Positions 29,300 to 38,489 of a stretch of 64,000 nucleotides of DNA are shown here, one piece after another. Numbering within the stretch: position 1 is the stretch's first letter; every line of letters begins with the position of its first letter. A model generated the notes under the pieces. The model saw only the letters and a program-made list of their open reading frames with translations, did not search any database and was not told the origin of the DNA. Location: NCBI GenBank assembly GCA_964510225.1, contig CAZEAN010000007.1, positions 4,047 to 68,046 of the forward strand, in the 5' to 3' direction. The stretch comes from an uncultured Isosphaeraceae bacterium. Its GTDB lineage: Bacteria > Planctomycetota > Planctomycetia > Isosphaerales > Isosphaeraceae. The position numbers and the translations under genes were made by a program.

Positions 29300-31648
29300 T
29301 CAGCGGCCACCGAGGCTGACCTTCGCCCAGTAAAGTTGGCTCCGGTCTCCCCGGATCCGGACATCTTCAAGCATGGACTCCAGGTTCGGTTTGATGACGG
29401 CGTTAACGTGGCGTCGTCCGTTAACAACAATCTTGAGTCGCTTCTCAAAATCGAAGAATTCGGGAGCAAGCCAGATATCGACGGCGTTGACCCCACTAAC
29501 GGAGAGTCGGAGCTGATTTGCGAGCTGGCTGACATCAGATTCGACGGTCGCAGATTTCAGTCCTTTGCCAAGCGGGTCAGCGGAAGCTGGATCGGTTGTT
29601 TGTCCTTGTGCAATCTCACGGAGGACGATTCCATAGAAGCGGTTGTCACTCGGTCGGCAAGCGACGACTTCGAATTCGTCACGGTGCGGTGTCCGGCGTC
29701 GACGGTCCATCCAGTCGAAGAGGTCTGGGGCTTCTTCCGGGAGTGCTTCGAGCCCTCGGACAAAGTACTCAACGTAAGTGACATCCCAATTCCTCCGGAT
29801 TAACTGTTTGAGTGGTTCGAAGAGAAACGTCTCAGTCGAGCCGGCCGCAAGATCGCCAGTCGCGACGTAGATCGGGATGAACTCTGCGTGAGACATGGTC
29901 TTCCAGACGTACTTTGCTGGAAGTCCTGAGATTGTTGCGATCCCTGCAAAGACATCAAAGTGAGCGAGCCCGATATCCCAGGCTGCCTGGCCTCCGATCA
30001 TGGTTCCGCCAATGAAGACACGATCCGGATCGATTGCGAAGCGTTTCCGTGCATCGCGGAGGGCTAACAGAACCGCGGCGTGCTCGTCAGGGGTGTATCG
30101 ATAGTCGGAGCCACCTGAAGTTGTGAGGTAGTCGGGAGCGATCACAATGTAACCGCGACGGCTCGACTCCGGTCCCCACCAGTCGAGGGCGTCTTCGGGA
30201 CCCTGACCGCCGTGCAAGGCGACCACTGCTGGGTAGGTGCGGAGCGGATGATACTCGGGAGGTAAGAGGACGCTATATTCAGTCGGCCTTGGGTTCGGAT
30301 CATCGAGGACCCGAAGACGAGTTGGTGCTCCAGGGGTTGGTGGGTCGGTTCCCGCTCTTGGCGGACTGAGTTGCCGGATCAACCCGGAAATCTCCAGGGG
30401 ACCAATAGACGAGGGTTGATCAGGAGCCTCCGGCTTAGGACTTGTCAGTACTTCAAGTGCATCAAGGATCGGTGCTCGGTCGGTCCGATCGCTTGATTGG
30501 AGATAGGCGGCGACCTCAGTCCGGGCTTCGATGAGACGGATCGCTTGTTCGAGTGATGTCGTCGCGCCGTTGGGACCAAGCAACCAACTCGAAATCACTA
30601 ATGCCGCTCTTGCCTCCGTGGAGAGATCTGTCGGTCCCTCCCGGAATCCTTGGAGCCGTGGAATCGAGGCGTCAGGGACATCACTCAGTGCTTGGACGAT
30701 CTCGAATGAGAGATTAGCGCACTGTTCCCGATCTGCTGCCGAGAGTTGGTCGATGACCTGGCGGACCTCCATGGCTAAGGCATTGCCTTCCTCCTCTTGT
30801 GCCTGGAGCCTCTCGAGGAGTTGATTGAATTCTCCGTCTACCTCGGGCGAGAGTGACCCGGATCGTCCTTGTGTCAGAAGCGTCGTCACGGTCCGAGGTT
30901 GTTGGGCTTGGATCCGGATCTCCGCTTCTTCGAGGAGATCGCGTGCCCTGAGGTCGATGACGACGTTCTTTGTCGATTCAATTGTTGCGCCGAGTTCGGG
31001 AAAGTCACGGCCGAGTTGCTCAAGCTCGGCGACAGCCTCGTCGTACCAACCTGCTTGGATGAGGAACCGGCCGACTCGGAGCCGCTCGCCTTGGTCGCTC
31101 TGGTCGATCTGGCTGAGGAGGTCGAGGATGACCTTCCGAGGAACTTGGTTCGTCCTAATTTGTCCCTTCCAGAAGCCGTCAATCCCTCGATACTTGACCG
31201 TCTCTGGCCCGATCTCATTGATCGCTAGCTTCAACTGATGGCGCCGGAGTGTCCGGTCGCGTCTGAGGGTTGAATATTCGAAGAGCCGCTGGCCGTACTC
31301 GTCCCATGGACCTGCATTGATCCGGATCGCATGGGTTGGCATTCGTCCACCATGGACCTCCAGCGGTTGAATGAGCTTGAACGATTCGAGATCGCGGACG
31401 TTTCCCCTCGGGTCTTCTTCAACTCGATCGATTCGGGTCTGTCGGATGACGACTCGACGGATCCCATCGTAGATATACGCGATTGAGTTCTCGCGATCGT
31501 AGATTCCTTCGAGTATTTGCCCATCCTTTAAGACGATCCGGTCCGTCCTGGCGATCGATTCTGGGAGACCAACGAGGAATGATCCGAGCAATGCCACAAC
31601 CAGCATTACAATCGTATTCAAGAACCGCCGGGTACTCTGCGCGGGCAT
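29300..31648 (-). CDS. Membrane-anchored protein with helical middle region and C-terminal alpha/beta-hydrolase (esterase/PHB-depolymerase-like) fold
   Basis: N-terminal anchor 'IVMLVVALLGSFLVGL'. The C-terminus has 'YPAVVALHGGQGPEDALDWW...GYIVIAPDY' and 'RVFIGGTMIGGQAAWDIG', which resemble esterase motifs. Confidence 0.55.
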   Translation of the reverse strand: MPAQSTRRFLNTIVMLVVALLGSFLVGLPESIARTDRIVLKDGQILEGIYDRENSIAYIYDGIRRVVIRQTRIDRVEEDPRGNVRDLESFKLIQPLEVHGGRMPTHAIRINAGPWDEYGQRLFEYSTLRRDRTLRRHQLKLAINEIGPETVKYRGIDGFWKGQIRTNQVPRKVILDLLSQIDQSDQGERLRVGRFLIQAGWYDEAVAELEQLGRDFPELGATIESTKNVVIDLRARDLLEEAEIRIQAQQPRTVTTLLTQGRSGSLSPEVDGEFNQLLERLQAQEEEGNALAMEVRQVIDQLSAADREQCANLSFEIVQALSDVPDASIPRLQGFREGPTDLSTEARAALVISSWLLGPNGATTSLEQAIRLIEARTEVAAYLQSSDRTDRAPILDALEVLTSPKPEAPDQPSSIGPLEISGLIRQLSPPRAGTDPPTPGAPTRLRVLDDPNPRPTEYSVLLPPEYHPLRTYPAVVALHGGQGPEDALDWWGPESSRRGYIVIAPDYLTTSGGSDYRYTPDEHAAVLLALRDARKRFAIDPDRVFIGGTMIGGQAAWDIGLAHFDVFAGIATISGLPAKYVWKTMSHAEFIPIYVATGDLAAGSTETFLFEPLKQLIRRNWDVTYVEYFVRGLEALPEEAPDLFDWMDRRRRTPHRDEFEVVACRPSDNRFYGIVLREIAQGQTTDPASADPLGKGLKSATVESDVSQLANQLRLSVSGVNAVDIWLAPEFFDFEKRLKIVVNGRRHVNAVIKPNLESMLEDVRIRGDRSQLYWAKVSLGGR

Positions 31649-31867
31649 CAGCTACGCCTCCGTGATGGCATCCCAAGTTAACCCGAGAATTCGGACTTCA
31701 GTATCGAGGGAGAGTGGTGACGACATTCTGCATTTTTTCGGGAGATTCGGCAGGTTCACGCGACTGAATTGGGGCGCGGCGCTTCGAAGACTGGCAAGAC
31801 GACCAGTGTAACCGTAACTTTGAATGCTCTGATTCCTTGAACGGTCCGCAATGACGAGCGATTCGAG

Positions 31868-32608
31868 ATGCCGCCGATTCCGCTAAAGTTCCGTTGCCAC
31901 CGCTGTTCACAACTGATCGGTGCCGCTCTTTCGAAGGCGGGGCAATCGGTCCGATGTCCCAGATGTGAGGCTCCTTTGACCGTACCGAACCTCGCGCCAA
32001 ACGCAAGCCCTCCGAATCAAGTGGAACAGGTCGAATCCTCTCCGTCGCCTCGCTCAGAAGTCCGTGAAACACCTAATCTCCCTCAGAACGAGCCAGCTCC
32101 CGAGATCCTCAATACACTCGACCTCGATCCTGGCGAGCTTCGGGAACTCGCGGCCTCATACCATCCGAAGGAAGAGAGACGTCGGGAGCGATCACGCCCT
32201 GGATTAAACCGATCTCCGAATCCGATGGAGTCGGTCGTTCACCCTTGGCCGTTGACTGAGCCCAAGCGACCAACTCCCGAATCAGAGTCAGATCTTGAGA
32301 CCACGATTGCGATCGAGACCGACGAAGAACAGCCTCGACGACCCCCAACACCGCCACCACTTCCTGATCGATCGCCCCCATCGTTGACCACAACAGAGTC
32401 TCAAGTCCCGAAAACCGCGCCCCTTGTCAGCACTGAATCGAGTTCGATCGCCAGCCCAAGGTCCCGACCGACTCGGGATGTGGTCATGCCCCGATCGGCC
32501 GTCATTGTCTGGTCGCTTTTCGTCCTGATGTCGTTATTCGTTGCCTTAGTTGCAGGGATCCTGATCGGGCACTTCCTCTGGATCGACCCCCCGCTTGAGG
32601 ATATTTAG
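31868..32608 (+). CDS. Zinc-ribbon protein with Pro-rich linker and C-terminal TM anchor
   Basis: 'CHRCSQL...VRCPRCEAP' (CxxC...CxxC), a long P/S/E-rich region, and the terminal TM 'VIVWSLFVLMSLFVALVAGILIGHFLWI'. Confidence 0.5.
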   Translation: MPPIPLKFRCHRCSQLIGAALSKAGQSVRCPRCEAPLTVPNLAPNASPPNQVEQVESSPSPRSEVRETPNLPQNEPAPEILNTLDLDPGELRELAASYHPKEERRRERSRPGLNRSPNPMESVVHPWPLTEPKRPTPESESDLETTIAIETDEEQPRRPPTPPPLPDRSPPSLTTTESQVPKTAPLVSTESSSIASPRSRPTRDVVMPRSAVIVWSLFVLMSLFVALVAGILIGHFLWIDPPLEDI

Positions 32609-32729
32609 AAGTTTGCCGTGTTGCGTTGTGAGTACGGTTGTCGAGACTTAAGAATTGGAGTATCTACCAAACATCGATTGCTAGCGGCCCTCAGTTCCAG
32701 AGTTGATTGGTCCGAAGGAGTTTCGATCC

Positions 32730-33455
32730 ATGGAAGGACCTCGATTGCTCTTTTCGGGCGAGCTGACCGATCCCGTCGTCCGCGAGATCATCAAGGCCCT
32801 CCCTGATTCAGTCAGGGTGATTACGGGGGGCGGGCTACCGGAGTTGGACAAGGAGCGATCAAGCCCTCATTGGCTCATCCTCCACCGAGGGACCTTAACC
32901 AACCGAGAGGGAGGGCGTCTCCGGAGACTCCGCGCCGCGTTCCCGACCCTCCAAGTGCTTTTGATTGTCGGTCCTCACGTCCGTCACCATCAGATCGTCG
33001 GCTGGTCAGAACTCTTTGACGAACTCCTCGATGAAGCAACTGCTTCGGAAACGATCAAACGGCGGTTCTGGACAGCGTTCGATGTGTCTCCCGACGATGG
33101 AACCGAAGATCGGCCCGAAGTTACGGTCGTCAGTAGTCAAAGGACGATTCAGGACCTTCTTGTCGAGATGGTCGAAGCCGGTGGGAGCTCGGCTCGACGC
33201 GCTCGGAACCTCCGGGAGCTCTCCCCAGCCCAGGGGCTCGTTGTTTGGGATCTCCCGATCTTAGAACCGGATTGGGAGATCCAATTGGGGAGGGCCTTGG
33301 TCGAAGACCGTAAGATTCTCGGATGCATCGGACTCGCCAATCGTGAGGTGGTCCGACGAGCCAAGACACTCGGGATCACGGCCTGCCTGAGCCTCCCTTG
33401 TGATCCGGATGATCTTACGTTTGCGCTGAGGAGTCTGGCGTTGGCATCATCATGA
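32730..33455 (+). CDS. Hypothetical protein with degenerate receiver-like (pseudo-REC) C-terminal half
   Basis: 'EVTVVSSQRT...GLVVWDLPILEPD...ILGCIG...ACLSLPCDPDDL' follows a CheY-like beta-alpha pattern but lacks the N-terminal acidic pair and the conserved Lys. The ATG at 32730 is preferred over the TTG at 32703. Confidence 0.35.
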   Translation: MEGPRLLFSGELTDPVVREIIKALPDSVRVITGGGLPELDKERSSPHWLILHRGTLTNREGGRLRRLRAAFPTLQVLLIVGPHVRHHQIVGWSELFDELLDEATASETIKRRFWTAFDVSPDDGTEDRPEVTVVSSQRTIQDLLVEMVEAGGSSARRARNLRELSPAQGLVVWDLPILEPDWEIQLGRALVEDRKILGCIGLANREVVRRAKTLGITACLSLPCDPDDLTFALRSLALASS

Positions 33456-33673
33456 TCGCAAGTAACCTCGATGCCAGGTTGATGTTCATCTAGACTTGGC
33501 AGAGGAGCACGTCGGTGGTTCCCGATCTTTTCAGTTGAATGACCGATTGTTCTCCCGTAGACCAGTTGCTTTTTCTGGTATGATTTTGAAGCTGACCCTA
33601 AATCGGCCGATCTTCCTATCCAGACGTCCTTGCTCTACTAGATTTGCGATTGAACTGAGAGTCCGTGCCGAAG

Positions 33674-34450
33674 ATGTCCGTAGCAACAACCCAAGAATCA
33701 ACCGTAGCGCCGCTTGATACCACCATTGAATTGGTCACACCGGAACGAATCACATTTCGTTATCCGTTAGCAGGGCCATTTCGGAGAGCGGTTGCCTATT
33801 TGATCGACTTATTGGTCCTGCTGTTACTTACACTGATTCTCGGGATTATCGCCACCTTGCTCTCGGTGATTACGACCGCTGGTTTTGGTCTTTTTCTTAC
33901 TTCGCTCTTTGTCCTCAGGTTCGGTTATGGAGCGATCTGCGAAGGATTGCTTTTCAATGGCCAGACACCAGGCAAGATGGCCCTGAAACTCCGGGTCGCC
34001 ACAGTTGAAGGGGTACCCATCACCGGAGCCCAAGCCTTCTTGCGGAACCTTCTTTGGTGCTTTGATGGCGCGATTCCGTTTGCTTATGTGCCGGCACTTG
34101 CGAGTATGATTCTCTCCGAACGCTTCCAACGACTCGGGGATCTTGCGGCGGGCACGATGGTCGTCGTCGAGCGTCGGACGCCCCGGTCGGGACTGGCCCG
34201 TGTTGACGATCGGGACCTCAGCAATCTCCTCTCAATCCTCCCAGGGAAGATCGAAGCGGGGCCTGAGTTGGCTCGAGCCCTCTCAGACTATGTCACCCAA
34301 CGCGCGCGATTCAGCCCCGATGCCCGCGAGCAGTTGGCAAGACCACTTGCTGATCCTGCCCGTCTCCGATTCGATCTCCCTCCCACAAGTTCAGCCGACT
34401 CGGTTGTCCGTGCCCTTTATCACCGCGTCTTCCTTGAGGATGGGTCTTAA
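33674..34450 (+). CDS. RDD-family membrane protein
   Basis: 'FRRAVAYLIDLLVLLLL', 'NGQTPGKMALKLRVATVEG' and 'LRNLL'. The ATG at 33674 lies within the track ORF that starts at the GTG at 33665. Confidence 0.75.
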   Translation: MSVATTQESTVAPLDTTIELVTPERITFRYPLAGPFRRAVAYLIDLLVLLLLTLILGIIATLLSVITTAGFGLFLTSLFVLRFGYGAICEGLLFNGQTPGKMALKLRVATVEGVPITGAQAFLRNLLWCFDGAIPFAYVPALASMILSERFQRLGDLAAGTMVVVERRTPRSGLARVDDRDLSNLLSILPGKIEAGPELARALSDYVTQRARFSPDAREQLARPLADPARLRFDLPPTSSADSVVRALYHRVFLEDGS

Positions 34451-34452
34451 CG

Positions 34453-35505
34453 ATGCGAGTCGCTGAACGCCTAGCGCGTCGAGAATCGAACTGGCGCGAA
34501 CTGGACCAGCTCCTCCTCAAGTTCGAGCGGACTGGTGCATTGAAACAACGACGGCCGTCTGCGCGGGGGGGGCAGCTCGGTCCCGACGAGGTGATTCGAC
34601 TCGGTGAACTCTACCGATCCGCGTGTGCCGACCTCATGCTCGCAGAAGCGCATGATCTTCCGGGGAACACGATTTCGTACTTGCATGCATTGGTTGGAAG
34701 AGCTCATAATACACTTTATCGATCACAAGGATTTCGATTCAAAACATGGTTTCAAATGGTTGCCGACGTAGTTCCCCGGAGACTCCGACGTGACCGCGCA
34801 CTACGGATCGCGGCCCTTCTCTTCTTCGGATCATTCTTGATCGCAGGGGCGATTGCGGCAGGTCAGCAAGGCTTTGCGTCGGACCTCGTCGGTCCTGAGC
34901 AGATCGATATGCTTGAAGCGATGTATGCCGAGCCGGTCTACCTGGAGGGATTGAGTAGCCAACGGAGCGATGCCTTGATGACCGGCTTCTACATCAACCA
35001 CAATGCGGGAATTGGGCTCAAGTGTTATGCCTATGGACTCTCCTTCGGGATCTTGACCGTATTCGAACTCTACTCGCAAGGAACCGCACTCGGCGCGATG
35101 TTTGGCCACATGGCGGTGACAGATTCAGCGCGGAACTTTTATCACTTCGTCACTGCCCATGCACCGGTTGAGTTGATGGCGATTGTCCTTGCAGGTGCAG
35201 CGGGGCTCCGACTCGGTTGGGGGCTCATTGCTCCGAAGGGTCGACGTCGGATCGATTCGCTCCGTGCTGAGGCCCGGGAGTCATTACCGATCGCGGGTGC
35301 GTCGGTCTGTTTGTTTGTCATTGCTGCGTTTATTGAGGGTTTTGTTTCGGCCTCAGCGCTCCCTTACGAAATCAAGGCAGTCGTCGCGCTCCTCAGTGCA
35401 ATCGGCATTGCAGCCTACCTGGTCCTCGGTGGTCGCTCCGGTGCAAGCGAACTGGCGAACCCAACCCCTCGGACAACGCCCCACCGACCGTTGATCGGAG
35501 CCTGA
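34453..35505 (+). CDS. SpoIIM/DUF95-family membrane protein
   Basis: 'FYINHNAGIGL', 'LYSQGTALGAMFG' and 'AHAPVELMAIVLAGAAGLRLGW' fit the stage II sporulation protein M-like family. The start lies 2 nt after the RDD gene stop. Confidence 0.7.
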   Translation: MRVAERLARRESNWRELDQLLLKFERTGALKQRRPSARGGQLGPDEVIRLGELYRSACADLMLAEAHDLPGNTISYLHALVGRAHNTLYRSQGFRFKTWFQMVADVVPRRLRRDRALRIAALLFFGSFLIAGAIAAGQQGFASDLVGPEQIDMLEAMYAEPVYLEGLSSQRSDALMTGFYINHNAGIGLKCYAYGLSFGILTVFELYSQGTALGAMFGHMAVTDSARNFYHFVTAHAPVELMAIVLAGAAGLRLGWGLIAPKGRRRIDSLRAEARESLPIAGASVCLFVIAAFIEGFVSASALPYEIKAVVALLSAIGIAAYLVLGGRSGASELANPTPRTTPHRPLIGA

Positions 35506-35508
35506 GCC

Positions 35509-36297
35509 TTGTCGATCGACTCCACGTTTGTGGTAATCCGCGAGCGGACGATCCTCGAAATCCTGGACCTTGCGTTGGTGGTGCTCCGCCGACGGCCATG
35601 GACCATTATTTCAACAGCACTCGCCGGAATCCTCCCATTCGAACTGCTCAACCAGGCGATTCTCTGGCAAGTGGATGCGATCGATCGATCATTTGTCCAT
35701 TTGCTTCTTTTGATCATGGAGAGTCCGATTGCGACTGCGCCGTTGACCTTAGTTCTCGGAGGCCTGATGTTTGGTTCGACGCCAAGCGCCAGGAGAGTCT
35801 TGGCGACGATCCTCACACGACTAGGACCCCTCCTGCTCTATCATGTGGTTTTTCGGTTTATTCTTTTGGCGTGTCCGATCTTGGTCTGGCTGATTCCAGC
35901 GCGATTGGTCTTCCTGAATGAGGTGGTGCTGTTGGAACGTCAGAAGCTATCGGCGGTCTCCTCACGATGCTGGACACTAACTCGGGATCGAGGATTTGAA
36001 CTCCTCGGGATCTGGGCGGTCCAGTTTTTTTTTGGTGGGTTGTTTTTTGTTGCGTTTTGGATTGCGACGTCACAGCTCAGTGCGCTGGTGGGGGGAGAAA
36101 CAACCTGGGTGGACCCGAGTTGGGAGATCATCCTGGATGCAAAAGCCTTTATCGCGATTTGGATTGCAGTTGCGTTCTTTGGAGTATCACGATTCCTCTG
36201 TTACCTCAATCAACGGATCCGCCTCGAAGGCTGGGAGGTGGCGCTCCGCCTGAAATCAGCTGGCCGCGCGCTCCGGATTGAAACGGAGTCCTGGTAA
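35509..36297 (+). CDS. Polytopic membrane protein, unknown family
   Basis: It has five to six hydrophobic helices. A TTG start lies 3 nt after the previous stop, in the same operon. Confidence 0.5.
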   Translation: MSIDSTFVVIRERTILEILDLALVVLRRRPWTIISTALAGILPFELLNQAILWQVDAIDRSFVHLLLLIMESPIATAPLTLVLGGLMFGSTPSARRVLATILTRLGPLLLYHVVFRFILLACPILVWLIPARLVFLNEVVLLERQKLSAVSSRCWTLTRDRGFELLGIWAVQFFFGGLFFVAFWIATSQLSALVGGETTWVDPSWEIILDAKAFIAIWIAVAFFGVSRFLCYLNQRIRLEGWEVALRLKSAGRALRIETESW

Positions 36298-37100
36298 TGA
36301 ACGGTTCCCGTTGGATTCAAGAACCGGTCCTGGTCCTTGCCTTGGCTTTCCTGTCGCCGCTTCTTGCTGCCGGTCGGAGCGGGGGACAAGAACTTATCGT
36401 GGATCATCAATCCGAGTCGCGGGAGCAGTTCCGGAATCGAGCGATCGGAGAAGTAAAGGACGGACTTCAGAAAGAAGATCCCCCTTGGTATGATCAGGAT
36501 CAAGATCAATTTGATCTGATTGAGCCTCCGGCTGATCGTTCTTCTGAGAGGGAGTTTGCCTTTGACTGGTCGTTTCCGACCATTGACTTGGCGGTCGCAG
36601 AGATTGGAAGGCTGCTGACTTTCGTGATCTTGGCCGTCCTCCTTTTGGGACTGGTGTTCGGAATCGCTCGGAGTTGGAACCAGTGGGGCAATCCGGACGA
36701 CCTCGACCGACTCCCGAAGGGGAGGGTCAAACCCAGAGAGGCATCCAAGGTCGGCTCGCTCTTGCCGGGCGTTTTTGATGTTGCGGAATCAAATCCGATG
36801 GAAGCAGCTCGTCGCGCCCATTTGCGGGGCGAATTAGATCGGGCGATCATCCTTCTCTTCGCACATCTCTTGCTCTTACTCGACCAACACGGTCTCGTCC
36901 GCTTGGCCCCCGGACGAACGGGACGGCAACTTGTCCGGTCGATTGCGGATCAGCCAACTCGGAAGACACTTCAGAACGCCCTCCGGATGTTTGAAGAGAT
37001 CTACTATGGACACCACCATCCTGATCCCCTGGCGTTTGAAACGCTCTGGGTAGAAGCTGAAGCACTCGACCGCAAGCTGAGGTCGAAGGGAAACCCATGA
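36297..37100 (+). CDS. DUF4129-domain membrane protein
   Basis: One TM ('LLTFVILAVLLLGLVFGIA'), then a C-terminal 'APGRTGRQLVRSI....LRMFEEIYYGHH' pattern typical of DUF4129. A TAATG gives a 1-nt overlap with the upstream gene. Confidence 0.6.
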   Translation: MNGSRWIQEPVLVLALAFLSPLLAAGRSGGQELIVDHQSESREQFRNRAIGEVKDGLQKEDPPWYDQDQDQFDLIEPPADRSSEREFAFDWSFPTIDLAVAEIGRLLTFVILAVLLLGLVFGIARSWNQWGNPDDLDRLPKGRVKPREASKVGSLLPGVFDVAESNPMEAARRAHLRGELDRAIILLFAHLLLLLDQHGLVRLAPGRTGRQLVRSIADQPTRKTLQNALRMFEEIYYGHHHPDPLAFETLWVEAEALDRKLRSKGNP

Positions 37101-38413
37101 TCAGTAACATTCCCTGTGGTCGTTGTAATTCGTCGGAGGCGAGTTCCAGACGCTGGAGTCGGACTGGGGTCCTGCTGATCCTGGGATCGCTCGGCGTCAT
37201 TGCGGTGGGTTGCACGCCTGATCTCGAAACGCGATATGGCCATGTCAGCGGTGAGAGTGTCAATGGAACGGGGGTTTTTGCTCGACTCCTCCAAAGTCGG
37301 GGGCATCAGGTCCGGAGTTCATGGCGATTGAACGATGAAGTCGGCAGTTGGGCGGATGTCATCGTCCGATTTGCGACAGCCCCAGGCGTGATCGATGCCG
37401 AAGAGGCTGCTTGGTACCAATTCTGGCTCGAGGGAGAGTCGAACCGCCTCTTGATCTACGTTTGTCGTGACGTCGAACTCGAGCACGAGTACTGGACCGA
37501 AGTCCTCGAGAACATCCCTCGGGATGCCGATCCGGACTTGATCCAGTCAATCGAGCGTAAGCAACGCGAAACGGCGAACTGGGCAGCGTCACTCCCCACG
37601 CCTTCCGATGACCCAGCCGATCGAATGACTTGGTTTGGGACCGAAGGGGGTACGCGAACGAAAACCTGCGCGACACTTGGCGGCCCTTGGGCCTTCGGAG
37701 TTGACCCGACTGCAGCCGCATTACCACGACGACAGAGCTTGAGAGTTAACTTTGGTAACCAAGCGGATTACGTCTTGCTAAGAGGCGATGGAGAACCACT
37801 CGTCCTGAACTGGATCCTAGAAGAGGATGCCGATGACTACACACTCGACGAGAGCGAATATTCAGAGATCTTGATCATCGCGAATGGTGCCTTCCTACTG
37901 AACGCAGGGATGGTCAATCCTGAGCGCCGGCTGATCGCAACGCACCTCTTGGACACGATCAGGGATCCGAGTCGGAAGATTGCGTTTGTGGAAGGGGAGG
38001 CGATCCTCATCAATCTGCCACAAGCACCAGACCTCTGGGAACGAATCCAGAGGCTCCCGATGCTCTCGCTTGTCGAGGCCCATTTCTTGGTGATCGCGAT
38101 CATCGCTGTTCTCGCTCGCGCCGTGACTTTTGGCCGACCAAAACCAGGACCTTCCTCGGCGGCAGATCGCCCCGCTGCTCACGCGTCAGCTCTTGGATAC
38201 TTGCTGAGCCGAACCCGAGAGACCGAGGCCGCTCGGATAATTCTAAGTGGTTATCAACGGTGGCGACGTCCTCCAACCCGCCACGAATTCGATCCAGGCA
38301 CCAAGGATCGCCCAGAAGGGTCGTCACAAAAGACAACGCTCAAAGATCGGGGCCCCGATCTTACTTACTTGGACGATCGTGCGGAGGATCGTTCAGAACG
38401 AACGGACACTTGA
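37097..38413 (+). CDS. DUF4350-like protein
   Basis: N-terminal TM/lipoprotein-like 'VLLILGSLGVIAVGC', then 'NGTGVFARLLQSRGHQV' and a late TM 'HFLVIAIIAVLA'. An ATGA overlap joins it to the upstream gene. The domain call is from memory of the family layout. Confidence 0.55.
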   Translation: MISNIPCGRCNSSEASSRRWSRTGVLLILGSLGVIAVGCTPDLETRYGHVSGESVNGTGVFARLLQSRGHQVRSSWRLNDEVGSWADVIVRFATAPGVIDAEEAAWYQFWLEGESNRLLIYVCRDVELEHEYWTEVLENIPRDADPDLIQSIERKQRETANWAASLPTPSDDPADRMTWFGTEGGTRTKTCATLGGPWAFGVDPTAAALPRRQSLRVNFGNQADYVLLRGDGEPLVLNWILEEDADDYTLDESEYSEILIIANGAFLLNAGMVNPERRLIATHLLDTIRDPSRKIAFVEGEAILINLPQAPDLWERIQRLPMLSLVEAHFLVIAIIAVLARAVTFGRPKPGPSSAADRPAAHASALGYLLSRTRETEAARIILSGYQRWRRPPTRHEFDPGTKDRPEGSSQKTTLKDRGPDLTYLDDRAEDRSERTDT

Positions 38414-38489
38414 CTCGTCAGTCGTCTCTAATTGAGTTTCCTCCGATCATCGCGTGCACTTCTGAGTCGATCACACAGGAGAGTTCACC

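Noticed and set aside
33496-33717. 73-aa ORF in the spacer upstream of the RDD operon.
   Set aside because: The translation is Arg/Ser-rich with no hydrophobic core or motif, and it overlaps the RDD start. It is probably non-coding leader sequence.
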